Below, one piece after another: positions 1 through 9,100 of a stretch of DNA of 64,000 bases. A model generated the notes under the pieces. The model made no database searches. It saw nothing but the letters and a program-made list of their open reading frames with translations, and was not told the DNA's origin. The stretch is from Dehalococcoidia bacterium (lineage in GTDB: Bacteria > Chloroflexota > Dehalococcoidia > Plut-88900). The translations under genes and the position numbers were made by a program. The stretch spans positions 640,001 through 704,000 of the forward strand of contig CBDFLQ010000005.1 in assembly GCA_965249275.1 (NCBI GenBank), in the 5' to 3' direction. The stretch's first letter is position 1. The number at the start of each line of letters is the position of its first letter.

Positions 1-444
1 GACGAGGGCTTCAAGCCGGGGTTCGAAGGGGAGTGGTTCGATCCGGGCAAGGACTTCTTCCGGGAGCGAATCGTCTGGGATGGCCTTGGGGTATTTGGGG
101 TAGAAGCGCCGGGTGTAGATGCCGACGGGGAGATTGTCGATGTTGGGGAAGACCCAGGCCCGTATGCCTAGGGACTCGTAGGCTTGCGCTACGCCGTAGA
201 CGTTCTCCTCGGTAATCGGGGAGTAGAGGTGATCGATGATTGCGGCGTTGCCGGCGCTCAGGTTCTCCAAGCCACAGGCCAAGGCGCAGGCGATTTGCTC
301 AGGGGCAGAGAGCCTGCCGACATTGGACGCCAGTCGGTAGGCAATCCAGATATCAAAGGGAGCAGAAGCTACCGAGCCTTTGAACGGCATCGAGTGGCTG
401 TGGGTGTGAGCGTTGACGAATACTGGGAAGGTGTTGTCTGGCAA
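1..444 (-). CDS. Amidohydrolase-family (MTA/SAH deaminase-like) protein, 5' part; runs off the window start
   Basis: Not in the ORF track. My translation from TTG at 444 is LPDNTFPVFVNAHTHSHSMPFKG...ENLSAGNAAIIDH, with an HxH metal motif; open to base 1; purine-rich RBS upstream. Confidence 0.75.
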   Translation of the reverse strand, partial: MPDNTFPVFVNAHTHSHSMPFKGSVASAPFDIWIAYRLASNVGRLSAPEQIACALACGLENLSAGNAAIIDHLYSPITEENVYGVAQAYESLGIRAWVFPNIDNLPVGIYTRRFYPKYPKAIPDDSLPEEVLARIEPLPFEPRLEALV

Positions 445-511
445 GGGTTTCTCTCCCAAGGCGGTAAAAAAAATTATAGCATGGGGAGAATGGCCTAAAG
501 GGAGGGGCGGG

Positions 512-2572
512 TCAACTAATCTCGATTATGAGGTTGCCGTGGGCGTCGATGGTGGCGGAGCTGTCGGGGTAGACGACGGTGGTGGTGTCCAGCTGCTGAA
601 CGATGGAAGGGCCTTGCAGCACGGCTCCCGCGCCGAGGGCGTCACGGTCGTAGATTGGGGTGTCGGTGAGGCCGCCGGATTCGGGGAAGTAGGCTTTGCG
701 GGTAGTCCGGGGAGAAGGCTCACCCTGAGACGTTACCAGCTCCGGACCACCCGGCATACGCCCAGGCGCCTGAGACAGGACAACGCGTAACGTTACTAGT
801 TCTACAAGATCATCCGAGTCCCGGTGGCCGTAGACCCTTTCGTGGAGGGTGTGGAAGTCCTCGATGACTTGGGCTATGGCTTTATCGTCCACATCCTTGC
901 CCTCGATGGAGACCTCTAATTCGTAGGACTGGCCTACGTAGCGCACCTCCACGGACTTGGCCGTAATTACCGGGCGTCCGGGGACTGCGTCCCTGTCCAT
1001 CTGGGAGCGGCAGGCGGCTTCCAGAGCATCGAAAGCCATTTGCAGTTCTGCAGAGACGGCTTCGACGGCCTTAACACGGAAAGTGCGGGCCCTTTCATGC
1101 TCCAGGTTGGCAACAAGGAGCCCAAATGCTGAGAGAACGCCCGGGTTTAGTGGGACCAGGACCTTGCCGGTGTTGGTCTGCTGTGCCAGCCGACCCGCGT
1201 GCACGGGCCCCGCGCCCCCGAGGGCTACCAGGGAGAAGTTGCGGGGGTCATAGCCGCGGAAGACGGAGACCAGGCGGACTTCGTCGGCCATGTGGTTGTT
1301 GACTATGGTGTGGATGCCATGGGCGGCGTCGAGTACGTCGATGCCGAGGGGTCCAGCGATGTTGGTTTGGACTGCCTCTTCCGCCTTTTCCACCGACAAC
1401 TTCATGGAACCGCCGGCGAAGTAGCCGGGGTCTAGGTATCCGAGGAGGAGGCTGGCGTCGGTGACGGTAGGCTCGGTGCCGCCCATATTGTAGGCAGCTG
1501 GGCCGGGCGAGGCGCCCGCGCTCCGGGGTCCGACCCTCAAGGCTCCGCTGCCGTCCACCCACGCTATGCTGCCGCCACCCGCCCCGATGGTATTGATATC
1601 GAGCATTGGCTGGCGCAGAGGGTACTTTGCGATCTTGCCCTCGTTGGAGAGGACGGGCTTGCCCTTGTCCACCAGGGAGATGTCGCAGCTGGTGCCGCCC
1701 ATGTCGAGGGTGATTAGGTCGGTAAGATCGCTGAGCTTGCCGGCGTGGACGCCACCGATTACCCCGGCTGCAGGCCCCGAAAGGACTGTGGATACGGTGT
1801 TGGATAGGATGGTTTCGTCACTGGTGATGCCGCCGCGGGAGTGGATGATGTGGAGCCGGGCCTTGACGCCGCTTTCGGAGAGGGAGTCCCGGACTTGCTG
1901 GATGTAGCGTTCAAGCACGGGCCTGAGATAGGCGTCGAAGGCGGTTAGGCAGAGGCGCTCGTATTCCCGGAACCGGGGGTCGAGCTCGGAGGATAGGGAG
2001 ATCCTGAGACCGGGATGGGCATTGAGGATGATGTCCCGGGTACGCTCTTCGTGGGCGGCGTTGGCGAAAGAGAATAGGTAGCAGACGGCTATGGCTTCGA
2101 CATCGTGCTCGGTTACTAGGGTCTCGACGGCCGTGGCAACATCGGCTTCGTTGAGAGGAACGTCGACGCCGCCATTGGCGTAGATACGCTCCTCGATACC
2201 AAATATCCTGCGGCGAGGGGCGAGGAAGACCGGGGTCTCGGGCTCGATGAAGACGTCGTACATGTCGGAACGCTTCTGGCGCCCGATGGTCAGGACGTCC
2301 TCGAAACCCTTGGTGGTAAGGATGCCGATGGTCGAGCCACGGGCCTCCAGGATGGCGTTGGTGCCGATGGTCGTGCCGTGTGCAATGCGGGATACGTCGG
2401 CGAAGGAGGCGGAGGCCAGGCGTCGGACGCTGTCCGCGCCCTTCATAAAGCCGTCGACGAGCCTGGGGGGGGTCGAGTGGACCTTGGTGTACTGCAACTC
2501 ACCCGATTTGTTGTCCAGGGACACTACATCCGTGAAGGTGCCGCCGATGTCGATGCCGATGGTTATGGACAT
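512..2572 (-). CDS. Hydantoinase/oxoprolinase alpha subunit (HyuA-like)
   Basis: GIDIGGTFTD, HGTT, SGPAAG, DMGGTS and GAGGGS motifs; 686 aa. Confidence 0.92.
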   Translation of the reverse strand: MSITIGIDIGGTFTDVVSLDNKSGELQYTKVHSTPPRLVDGFMKGADSVRRLASASFADVSRIAHGTTIGTNAILEARGSTIGILTTKGFEDVLTIGRQKRSDMYDVFIEPETPVFLAPRRRIFGIEERIYANGGVDVPLNEADVATAVETLVTEHDVEAIAVCYLFSFANAAHEERTRDIILNAHPGLRISLSSELDPRFREYERLCLTAFDAYLRPVLERYIQQVRDSLSESGVKARLHIIHSRGGITSDETILSNTVSTVLSGPAAGVIGGVHAGKLSDLTDLITLDMGGTSCDISLVDKGKPVLSNEGKIAKYPLRQPMLDINTIGAGGGSIAWVDGSGALRVGPRSAGASPGPAAYNMGGTEPTVTDASLLLGYLDPGYFAGGSMKLSVEKAEEAVQTNIAGPLGIDVLDAAHGIHTIVNNHMADEVRLVSVFRGYDPRNFSLVALGGAGPVHAGRLAQQTNTGKVLVPLNPGVLSAFGLLVANLEHERARTFRVKAVEAVSAELQMAFDALEAACRSQMDRDAVPGRPVITAKSVEVRYVGQSYELEVSIEGKDVDDKAIAQVIEDFHTLHERVYGHRDSDDLVELVTLRVVLSQAPGRMPGGPELVTSQGEPSPRTTRKAYFPESGGLTDTPIYDRDALGAGAVLQGPSIVQQLDTTTVVYPDSSATIDAHGNLIIEIS

Positions 2573-2598
2573 AAGTGGAAGAGTATGGACTGAGAGGG

Positions 2599-3726
2599 TT
2601 AGTTAAGGAATCCGTAGAGGCGGCCGGTGTTTTCGCAGATCACTTTACGGCGGGCGTTTTCGTCTTTAAGGCCCTTCAGGCTGAACTCGATGGTCTCGAG
2701 GGAGTCGGGCCATACACAGTCGTTGTGGGGGTAGTCGTTGCCCCACAGGACGTTATCTTCGCCGACCAGTGAAAGGATATCTCCGGCGATTCCTTCTTTC
2801 TGGAAGGTGGAGAAGCCTTGTCTGTACCAGTAGGCACTGGGCTTCATGCTCAGGCTCTTGATGCCTTCACTTTCGTGGTCCATGCGGTCTATGACGTAGG
2901 GAATCCAGCCGATACCCGCTTCGCCGAGGACGAACTTGAAATCGGGGAACCTATCGCAAGCCCCCGACATGATGATGCTGCTCAGGTGCTCGATGCCGTC
3001 CAGCTGGGCCATGGTGAGCAGGACGGTCCAATAGGCGTCGAAGTACTCCTTTTCCTTGGGTTCCTTAGCCTTGGGCAAGTTTTCGAGGAGGTGAAAGGAG
3101 AGCGGCATATTACATTCCACCGAGGCCTCCCACAGGACATCCCAGTCTGTGTAGAAGATAGGAATGGAGGCGAGGCCGGCGCGGAGCTCGGCGCCCTTGA
3201 GGCCCAGGCCCGCGGCCCTTCTGAGCTCATCGGCGGCGGCCTGGGGATTGTGGTGGGGCAGGCAGGCCAAACAGGCCAGCCGTTCCGGATTGTGGCTGGC
3301 GAAGGAGGCGGCCCAGTCGTTGTAGATGCTATATACGAGGGAGCGGGCCTCCATGTCACGGATCTGATCGGGGCCGAAAGCCATGCCGTAGATCACCTCA
3401 GCGTCGATGCCGTCCAGGTCCTGGTCCTTGACTCTGAGTTCGGGGTTGGAGGGGTGGTAGATGCCTCGGCGGGAGTCCGCGGAGAAGCCGACTTCTTCCA
3501 GCCGCTGCTCCCTGTGGAAACCGGCGGGATTTGTCCAGGACTCTGCCCTAAACACTCCCACGGGGGTCATGATCTTGCCGTTGGCCTTCCACACGGGACC
3601 CGAGGATGCGTCCTCTACGTGGGGCATCTTGTCCTTCCACTGAGCCGGTGCGTTGTCCACAAAGAGGTCGTGTGGGAGCCAGTTAAGGTCAACATGCCCG
3701 TCGCCGGATATTATGTTGTAGGTCAT
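2599..3726 (-). CDS. Amidohydrolase_2 family protein
   Basis: ISGDGH at the N-terminus, EAGIGW, WGNDYPH. Start moved to ATG 3726 (MTYNII), which has a GGGAGG RBS. Confidence 0.88.
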   Translation of the reverse strand: MTYNIISGDGHVDLNWLPHDLFVDNAPAQWKDKMPHVEDASSGPVWKANGKIMTPVGVFRAESWTNPAGFHREQRLEEVGFSADSRRGIYHPSNPELRVKDQDLDGIDAEVIYGMAFGPDQIRDMEARSLVYSIYNDWAASFASHNPERLACLACLPHHNPQAAADELRRAAGLGLKGAELRAGLASIPIFYTDWDVLWEASVECNMPLSFHLLENLPKAKEPKEKEYFDAYWTVLLTMAQLDGIEHLSSIIMSGACDRFPDFKFVLGEAGIGWIPYVIDRMDHESEGIKSLSMKPSAYWYRQGFSTFQKEGIAGDILSLVGEDNVLWGNDYPHNDCVWPDSLETIEFSLKGLKDENARRKVICENTGRLYGFLN

Positions 3727-4156
3727 CTCTTCCCTCCCGTGTAAACCCTGCTTCATCAGACAACCGGACATGCGAAACCTCGGCACCTTGCCGCGGGCGT
3801 TCCGAGGCGGGATTTACTCTAGCACGCAGCGATTGGGCGTCGCAAGGGAATGTACATTTAGTTGTTGGGGTGGGGGTTGGGTTATGGGCTAGCGGGCGGC
3901 CTCCTTTGGGGCATAGGGTGGGACAACGGAAGGGGCCGCTCCAGATTGATGATCCGGTTGGGCCGACGGGCCGGGGTTTTTGATTGATGTGCGGACTCAG
4001 GCATGAACTTTGATTGTTTTTAGGGAAATTCGTTTTTGGGGAAGGCATGGGCTAGTAGGCGGCGCCTTTCGTGGATGGGGGGAGGTGGGGCAACCAGCCT
4101 CGATGGGATATTGAGTTGTAGCAAGGATTTGTGGGTTCATGTCTGTTCTGGAAGGG

Positions 4157-4819
4157 CAGGCGATGGAAGGTCCGGGACTAGAAACCAGGCCGTGGGTTGC
4201 TGCCGAGCCGTCGGCGCCGGGCTGGATTATCCCCACATGTTGTCGGCTGCGGTCAGGGTTGTGTGGGGCAGATCCCTCCGTGAGCGGCACTTGACCGGAC
4301 CGCTGACGGGGAAGATGCCGCCTTAGGCGGACTTTCATAACCGGCGTCCCGGTGCATCCGCCGGATAGACGGATGGCAGGGACGGCGGGACAAACAAGGC
4401 ACGAGGGCCTTGCTAAACCGGGGGTCGGTTGACCTACCGGGAAAACCGGCGCGCAATGGGCCGGGGTAAACGCACCCGATGATGGGGGGCGTTGAATCGG
4501 CAGGGGCGTCGTTGGACGGGGCCTGCCGAGCATAGTCTGTGGATCTTCCATCGCCTGGGTTGCGGGGGAAGGTGAGCCGAGGCCTTTGGTATGAGGAGAT
4601 GGCGGCTTTCGCTTGAGCCGAGGGGCGGCGCTTGGGCCGCCCTTTGGGATGGGCTGGGACGTTGAGTCCTCGGGGCCGGGGATGGGCTTCCCCCTGGGTT
4701 GTGGTTCCTCCTTAGGGTTTAGGGTGAGTGACGAGCTAGTCGGGGGTGAATATAGTACAAGTGTTTTGCTTTAGTCAAGGGGTTCGTGTCACTTTTTGCC
4801 AAGTGGGATCACCCTCACC
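4157..4819. ncRNA. Putative structured non-coding element, copy A (IR-closed multi-hairpin domain 4157-4557 plus conserved leader/promoter 4557-4819)
   Basis: AGGCGATGGAAGGTCC (4158-4173) pairs with GGATCTTCCATCGCCT (4541-4556); many internal hairpins; the flank is homologous to 25557-25832; no conserved ORF. Confidence 0.55.
4749..4778 (-). promoter_or_regulatory. sigma70-type promoter with overlapping LexA-like box
   Basis: Minus strand TTGACT-18-TATATT with AAAC-ACTT-GTAC in the spacer; conserved in copy B. Confidence 0.55.
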
Positions 4820-5152
4820 CTAGCCCTCTCCCATCAGAGGGAGAGGGGACAGGACGCCCCGCCCTCTCCGCCTCCGGGGATGGATTCCGGCTCGGCGGGG
4901 GGTGCGCCTTCAGGAGGGATGGGTTCCTGCCTCCGCAGGAATGACGGGGGAGTGGGGGGTGGGTGGGTGGGAGGCGATCACGTGGTACTGCTCCTATGCG
5001 GGCACCCCCCCGCTCATACTTCGAGAGCCTCCCGCCTCGGCGGATCTTCGACAGCACGATCGGGCCCGCCCGGGCCGTGGATTCGCGCCTGAGGCGTACC
5101 CTCCAGAGGCGAGTGGGGCACTTGCAGCCCGATCGGAGTCTGGAATGACGGG
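4809..5152 (+). repeat. Cluster of REP-like palindromes carrying micro-insertions
   Basis: CCCTCACCCTAGCCCTCTCCC..GGGAGAGGGG (R1), CTTCGA..CTCAGCACGA (R2) and GGATTCC..GGAATGAC (R3) types recur throughout the window. Confidence 0.8.
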
Positions 5153-5211
5153 AGGGAGGGGGTGATATATTATGGGCAGGTACTGGCGAACGCATAGTTG
5201 GAGGGGAAATT

Positions 5212-6339
5212 ATGGCGGACTACAGGGTTATCTCATCGGACAATCACATAGTGGAGCCGCCTAACTTGTGGCTTGATAGGATGGAACCGGGGTTCCGGGA
5301 CCAGGCCCCGGCCATGCGGGATACGGAGAAAGGGCCGTTCTGGTTTGTAGAAGACAAGCCGACCTTCAACGTCACAAGCATGGCGAGCCAGGCCGGGAAG
5401 CGGTTTGAGGACGCCGAATCGCTGCAGACCGTGGATGCCTGGGAGAATGCGAGGCCAGGGGCCTACATCCCGGAAGAGGCCATTAAGGACATGGACTTCG
5501 ACGGGATAGACGTCGGGATCGTATATCCGAGCCTGACCATATTCCTGTACGCGTTCGTGGAGGGGAGCGAACTGCTCTCGGCGATACTGCGGGCTTACAA
5601 CGGTTTCGCGGCGGATTACTGCCAGGCCCAGCCGCGTAGGTTGAAGGGAATCGCCACGATAAACATTGACGACGTGTCGGTCGGGGTAGAGGAACTGAAG
5701 CGGTGCGCGAAACTCGGTTTTGTAGGCGCGGCTATACCGGAATACATGGCGGCGCGACCTTACTTCGATGAAGCTAACGAGCCGTTATGGGCCACCGCCC
5801 AGGACCTGGGGATGCCGCTGGGACTGCATATCTCGACGGCGAGGATCCAGGCGGGGCGAGGGTGGGACCGAGAGCTGGACGCCTTCAACTTCTCCACCCT
5901 GATGCTGGACAATGCCGACTTCTGGGTGAGGGTATCGCTGACGGAGATGATATTAAGCGGCGTGTTCGAACGCTACCCCAATCTGAGGGTCGGGGTTGCG
6001 GAGCACGAGCTCAACTGGGTGCCCTACTGGATAGAGCGGATGGACTACAGCTACAGCGAACGGGCGGCGGGACGCGAGGGGTTCCAGCTGAAGAACGGAA
6101 TGGTGCCGAGCGACGTGTTTCACTCCAACTGCTTTGTCGATTTCCAGGAGGACGCCCTGGGCATCACCCACCGGGACATCATAGGGGTGGACAACATAAT
6201 GTGGGGATCCGACTACCCCCACACAGAGGGCACGTTCCCCAAGTCACGGGAGTTTATCGAGAACACGCTGGCGGACTGCACGCAGGAAGAGAAAGAGAAG
6301 ATAGTAGCGGGCAACGCGGCGCGGATCTACAAGGTCTAG
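5212..6339 (+). CDS. Amidohydrolase_2 family protein
   Basis: ISSDNH, SGVFERYP, WGSDYPH motifs; GGAGG RBS. Confidence 0.9.
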   Translation: MADYRVISSDNHIVEPPNLWLDRMEPGFRDQAPAMRDTEKGPFWFVEDKPTFNVTSMASQAGKRFEDAESLQTVDAWENARPGAYIPEEAIKDMDFDGIDVGIVYPSLTIFLYAFVEGSELLSAILRAYNGFAADYCQAQPRRLKGIATINIDDVSVGVEELKRCAKLGFVGAAIPEYMAARPYFDEANEPLWATAQDLGMPLGLHISTARIQAGRGWDRELDAFNFSTLMLDNADFWVRVSLTEMILSGVFERYPNLRVGVAEHELNWVPYWIERMDYSYSERAAGREGFQLKNGMVPSDVFHSNCFVDFQEDALGITHRDIIGVDNIMWGSDYPHTEGTFPKSREFIENTLADCTQEEKEKIVAGNAARIYKV

Positions 6340-6394
6340 CGGGTCTCTCAGCATACACGGGGCGGGCAAGGGGGAGGAGAGTACCCCACCCATT

Positions 6395-6466
6395 CCGCTC
6401 TAAAGACCCTTCGACTCAGCTCAGGGCGAGCGGAATTCCCGACCCTTGGACAAGCTGGAATGACGG
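6395..6466 (+). repeat. REP-like composite (R2+R3) between convergent genes
   Basis: CCCTTCGACTCAGCTCAGGGCGAGCGG followed by ATTCC...GGAATGAC. Confidence 0.7.
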
Positions 6467-6475
6467 AGAGGCAGT

Positions 6476-7621
6476 CTAGCGGGTAGCTTCCTCGATATCG
6501 GTCAGCGAAAGCTCAATGCCGAATCCCGGCGCGTCGGAGGGTACCAACATGCCGTCTTTGGGGAATACCATCCCGGGATTTGTGCGGTAGCCGTCATTCT
6601 GCGGCTCACCGGGGGCGGTGATGATGAGGCACTCGGCCCAGGTGGCGCTGGGCATGGCGTAGGCAAGGTGTTGGCCGTAGGAGTCGCCGCCGGCTAGGTG
6701 GGGCATGACCTGTATCCCTGCGGCCTCGGCGAGGTGGCATATTTTGACAGAGGCGGTCATACCTCCCACGTAGCGGATGTCGGGCTGCATGATGTCGACA
6801 AGGTGCATTGCAGCGGCGGCGGAAAAGGGGGCGAGCATATACCAGCGCTCTCCAGAGGCAAGGGTCTGCCACGGGAGCCGCTTTCTCACCGAGCGGTATC
6901 CCTGAAGGTCTTCCGGGAGCAGGTAGTCCTCAATCCATTTTAGCCTGTAGGGGCGCAGCCTCTCGGCGAGACGGACGATGAAGTCCTGGTCGGACTCGAC
7001 GCCGTAGCAATCGAGCATAAGGTCCCGGTCGGGGCCGAGGAGGTCGCGGGCGGCGGCGATTATCTCTTCGGTCTCTCCGATAATGGCGGGGTCATGGGTG
7101 TCGGTGGCTGGAAGGCCGATCTTGGCGGCTCGGAAGCCGAGCTCCTTGAACCACTCGATGTCGGCGCCGGTGGCGTAGCAGAAGAGAGCATCTTTGGCCG
7201 GGCCACCGAGAAGCTCGTAGACGGGTCTGCCGAGCAGCTTGCCCTTGAGGTCCCAGAGGGCGAGGTCCACGGCGCTGATGGCGTACCCAGCGAGGCCGGC
7301 GGCGCTGTAGTGGACGGAGGAGTCGACCATCATGGTCCATAGCCTCTCGGTGGCCATGCAGTTTTGGCCCTTCAGGAAGGCTGCGTAATGGTCGTTGATG
7401 ATGGAGGCGACGGGGCCGGCGTTGCTGGTCATTCCCAGGCCCCAGGTTCCGTCCTCTGCGGTGACGACGCAGGCGACGTGTCCCCAGGGCGGGAACCGGT
7501 CGGGGGCCCAGACCCCGCCCCTGGTGGACATTTCATGATACCAGTCGGCCTTGGGAGTCTCGGGGCCGGTTAGGACCCTGTCGTTGGTTATCGAGGCTGC
7601 GTGGACAGATTTGATTTTCAT
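6476..7621 (-). CDS. Mandelate racemase/enolase superfamily, L-rhamnonate dehydratase-like
   Basis: SAVDLALWDLKGK, PVYELLGG, MLDC/WIED/GERW metal ligands, PGFGIE. Confidence 0.85.
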   Translation of the reverse strand: MKIKSVHAASITNDRVLTGPETPKADWYHEMSTRGGVWAPDRFPPWGHVACVVTAEDGTWGLGMTSNAGPVASIINDHYAAFLKGQNCMATERLWTMMVDSSVHYSAAGLAGYAISAVDLALWDLKGKLLGRPVYELLGGPAKDALFCYATGADIEWFKELGFRAAKIGLPATDTHDPAIIGETEEIIAAARDLLGPDRDLMLDCYGVESDQDFIVRLAERLRPYRLKWIEDYLLPEDLQGYRSVRKRLPWQTLASGERWYMLAPFSAAAAMHLVDIMQPDIRYVGGMTASVKICHLAEAAGIQVMPHLAGGDSYGQHLAYAMPSATWAECLIITAPGEPQNDGYRTNPGMVFPKDGMLVPSDAPGFGIELSLTDIEEATR

Positions 7622-7719
7622 GGGTGGGTCGCTTTCAGCTATGTCTTTCAGAGGGTGATTCGCGAGTCGCCCCTACGTGGGGGTCATTCTATGCGTTCGT
7701 CGCTCGAGATACCGAATTC

Positions 7720-7777
7720 ACCCTCACTCTCCTCGGCGAGTCTTAGACCCTAGCCCTCTCCTGTCAAGGGAGAGGGG
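7720..7777 (+). repeat. R1 REP-like palindrome interrupted by a 21-bp insertion (7728-7748)
   Basis: CCCTCAC[TCTCCTCGGCGAGTCTTAGAC]CCTAGCCCTCTC..GGGAGAGGGG. Confidence 0.7.
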
Positions 7778-7823
7778 ATAAGAGTACGCCACTGATCGCT
7801 GTGGAATTGGGTGAAATAAGAGC

Positions 7824-9044
7824 TTAGAGGAGGAGGCTGGAGGGTTTTTCCAGGTAGCTTTTGATTTCGTTGACGAACTGAGCGGCCTCTGCGCCGTTGA
7901 CGACGCGGTGGTCGGCGGAGATTGTGCACTGCATGATATCGGCGATGGTGATCTGGCCGTCCCGGACGACTGGCTGTTTCGTCACGCTTCCCACGGCGAT
8001 GCTGGCGCTCTGCTTGGGGTTGATGATGGCGATGAAGCTATCGATCTGGAACATGCCAAGGTTGCTTATGGCAATGGTGGCCTCGGTGTACTCCTGGGGC
8101 TTGAGGACGCCATTGCGGGCTCGGGTGCTAAGGTCCCGGCTGGCCGCCGAGATATCTTTCAGGCTCTTGCCTCTGCAGTCGAGTATCGCGGGGGCGATGA
8201 GGCCGTCTTCCAGAGCTATGGCGACGCCTATGTTGAGGGATGGGTTGTGCTTTATTTTGCCGTCGGCGTAGTGGGAGTTGAAGGCAGGGAACTTGGCGAG
8301 AGCAAGGGCGGAGGCCTTGATAATAAGGTCGTTGACGGTGAGGCGGGCCTCGCCGGCCCAGAGCTCGTTAAGTTCCTCGCGGAGGGTCATGGCGCGGGTC
8401 ATGTCTATGCTTGCGGTGACGTAGAAGTGGGGCATCTCCTGCTTGCTCTGGGTCATGCGTCGGGCTATGGTCTGACGCATCTTTGAGAGCTCGCTGACAT
8501 CCGCCACTGCTGACGGCGCGGGGGCCGGGGCCTGGTCTGCCTCGGCGGCGGCGAGGACGTCCTCCTTGGTGATTCTGCCTTTGGGCCCCGTGCCTGTGAC
8601 CGTGGAGAGGTCTACGCCCTTCTCCTCGGCTATGCGTTTTGCCAAGGGGGATACGAGAATGCGGTCACCCTTGGAGGGGGCGGGGGGAGTGGGGGTGGGC
8701 TCAGAAATAACCGATGCAGGCGTGGCTGCGGTGGAGGGGGTGGGAGAGTCACCCTCACCCTGACCCTCTCCCGTCGAGGGAGAGGGGATTTGAGGGAGGT
8801 CTTCGTCGGCGGAGGCGATGATGCCAATGATCTGGCCGACGGGTACGGTGATGCCTTCCGTGACTACGATACGACGCAGGAGACCGGAGGCGAAGGACTC
8901 GACTTCTACGGTAGCCTTGTCGGTCTCTATCTCGACGATGGGTTCGCCCCTGTCGACGTTATCGCCTTCCGCCTTGAGCCAGCGGACGACGGTGCCCTCC
9001 TCCATATCGAAGCCCATCTGGGGCATTATTACGTCGGTGGCCAA
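7824..9044 (-). CDS. pdhC: Dihydrolipoamide acetyltransferase E2
   Basis: Lipoyl ETDKA, E3-binding GTGPKGRI, catalytic DHRVVNG; follows pdhAB. Confidence 0.92.
   Translation of the reverse strand: MATDVIMPQMGFDMEEGTVVRWLKAEGDNVDRGEPIVEIETDKATVEVESFASGLLRRIVVTEGITVPVGQIIGIIASADEDLPQIPSPSTGEGQGEGDSPTPSTAATPASVISEPTPTPPAPSKGDRILVSPLAKRIAEEKGVDLSTVTGTGPKGRITKEDVLAAAEADQAPAPAPSAVADVSELSKMRQTIARRMTQSKQEMPHFYVTASIDMTRAMTLREELNELWAGEARLTVNDLIIKASALALAKFPAFNSHYADGKIKHNPSLNIGVAIALEDGLIAPAILDCRGKSLKDISAASRDLSTRARNGVLKPQEYTEATIAISNLGMFQIDSFIAIINPKQSASIAVGSVTKQPVVRDGQITIADIMQCTISADHRVVNGAEAAQFVNEIKSYLEKPSSLLL
8752..8787 (+). repeat. R1 REP-like palindrome located in frame within the pdhC linker
   Basis: CCCTCACCCTGACCCTCTCCCGTCGAGGGAGAGGGG closely matches the intergenic copies at ~4812 and ~39783; translated as PSPSTGEGQGEG. 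Confidence 0.8.
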
Positions 9045-9100
9045 TGGTCTGCCTCCTATGAAATCTAGGCGATTGCTGATACGTAGAAAGGCGCGAAAAG

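Noticed and set aside
4158-4180. Resemblance of GGAAGGTCCGGGAC to RNase P CR-I (GAGGAAAGUCC)
   Set aside because: Here it pairs fully with the terminal IR, and no RNase P 3' CR-V motif is present.
3997-4551. 184-aa minus-strand ORF starting inside the inverted repeat
   Set aside because: Pro-rich with no motifs; the equivalent ATG in copy B gives only 10 codons.
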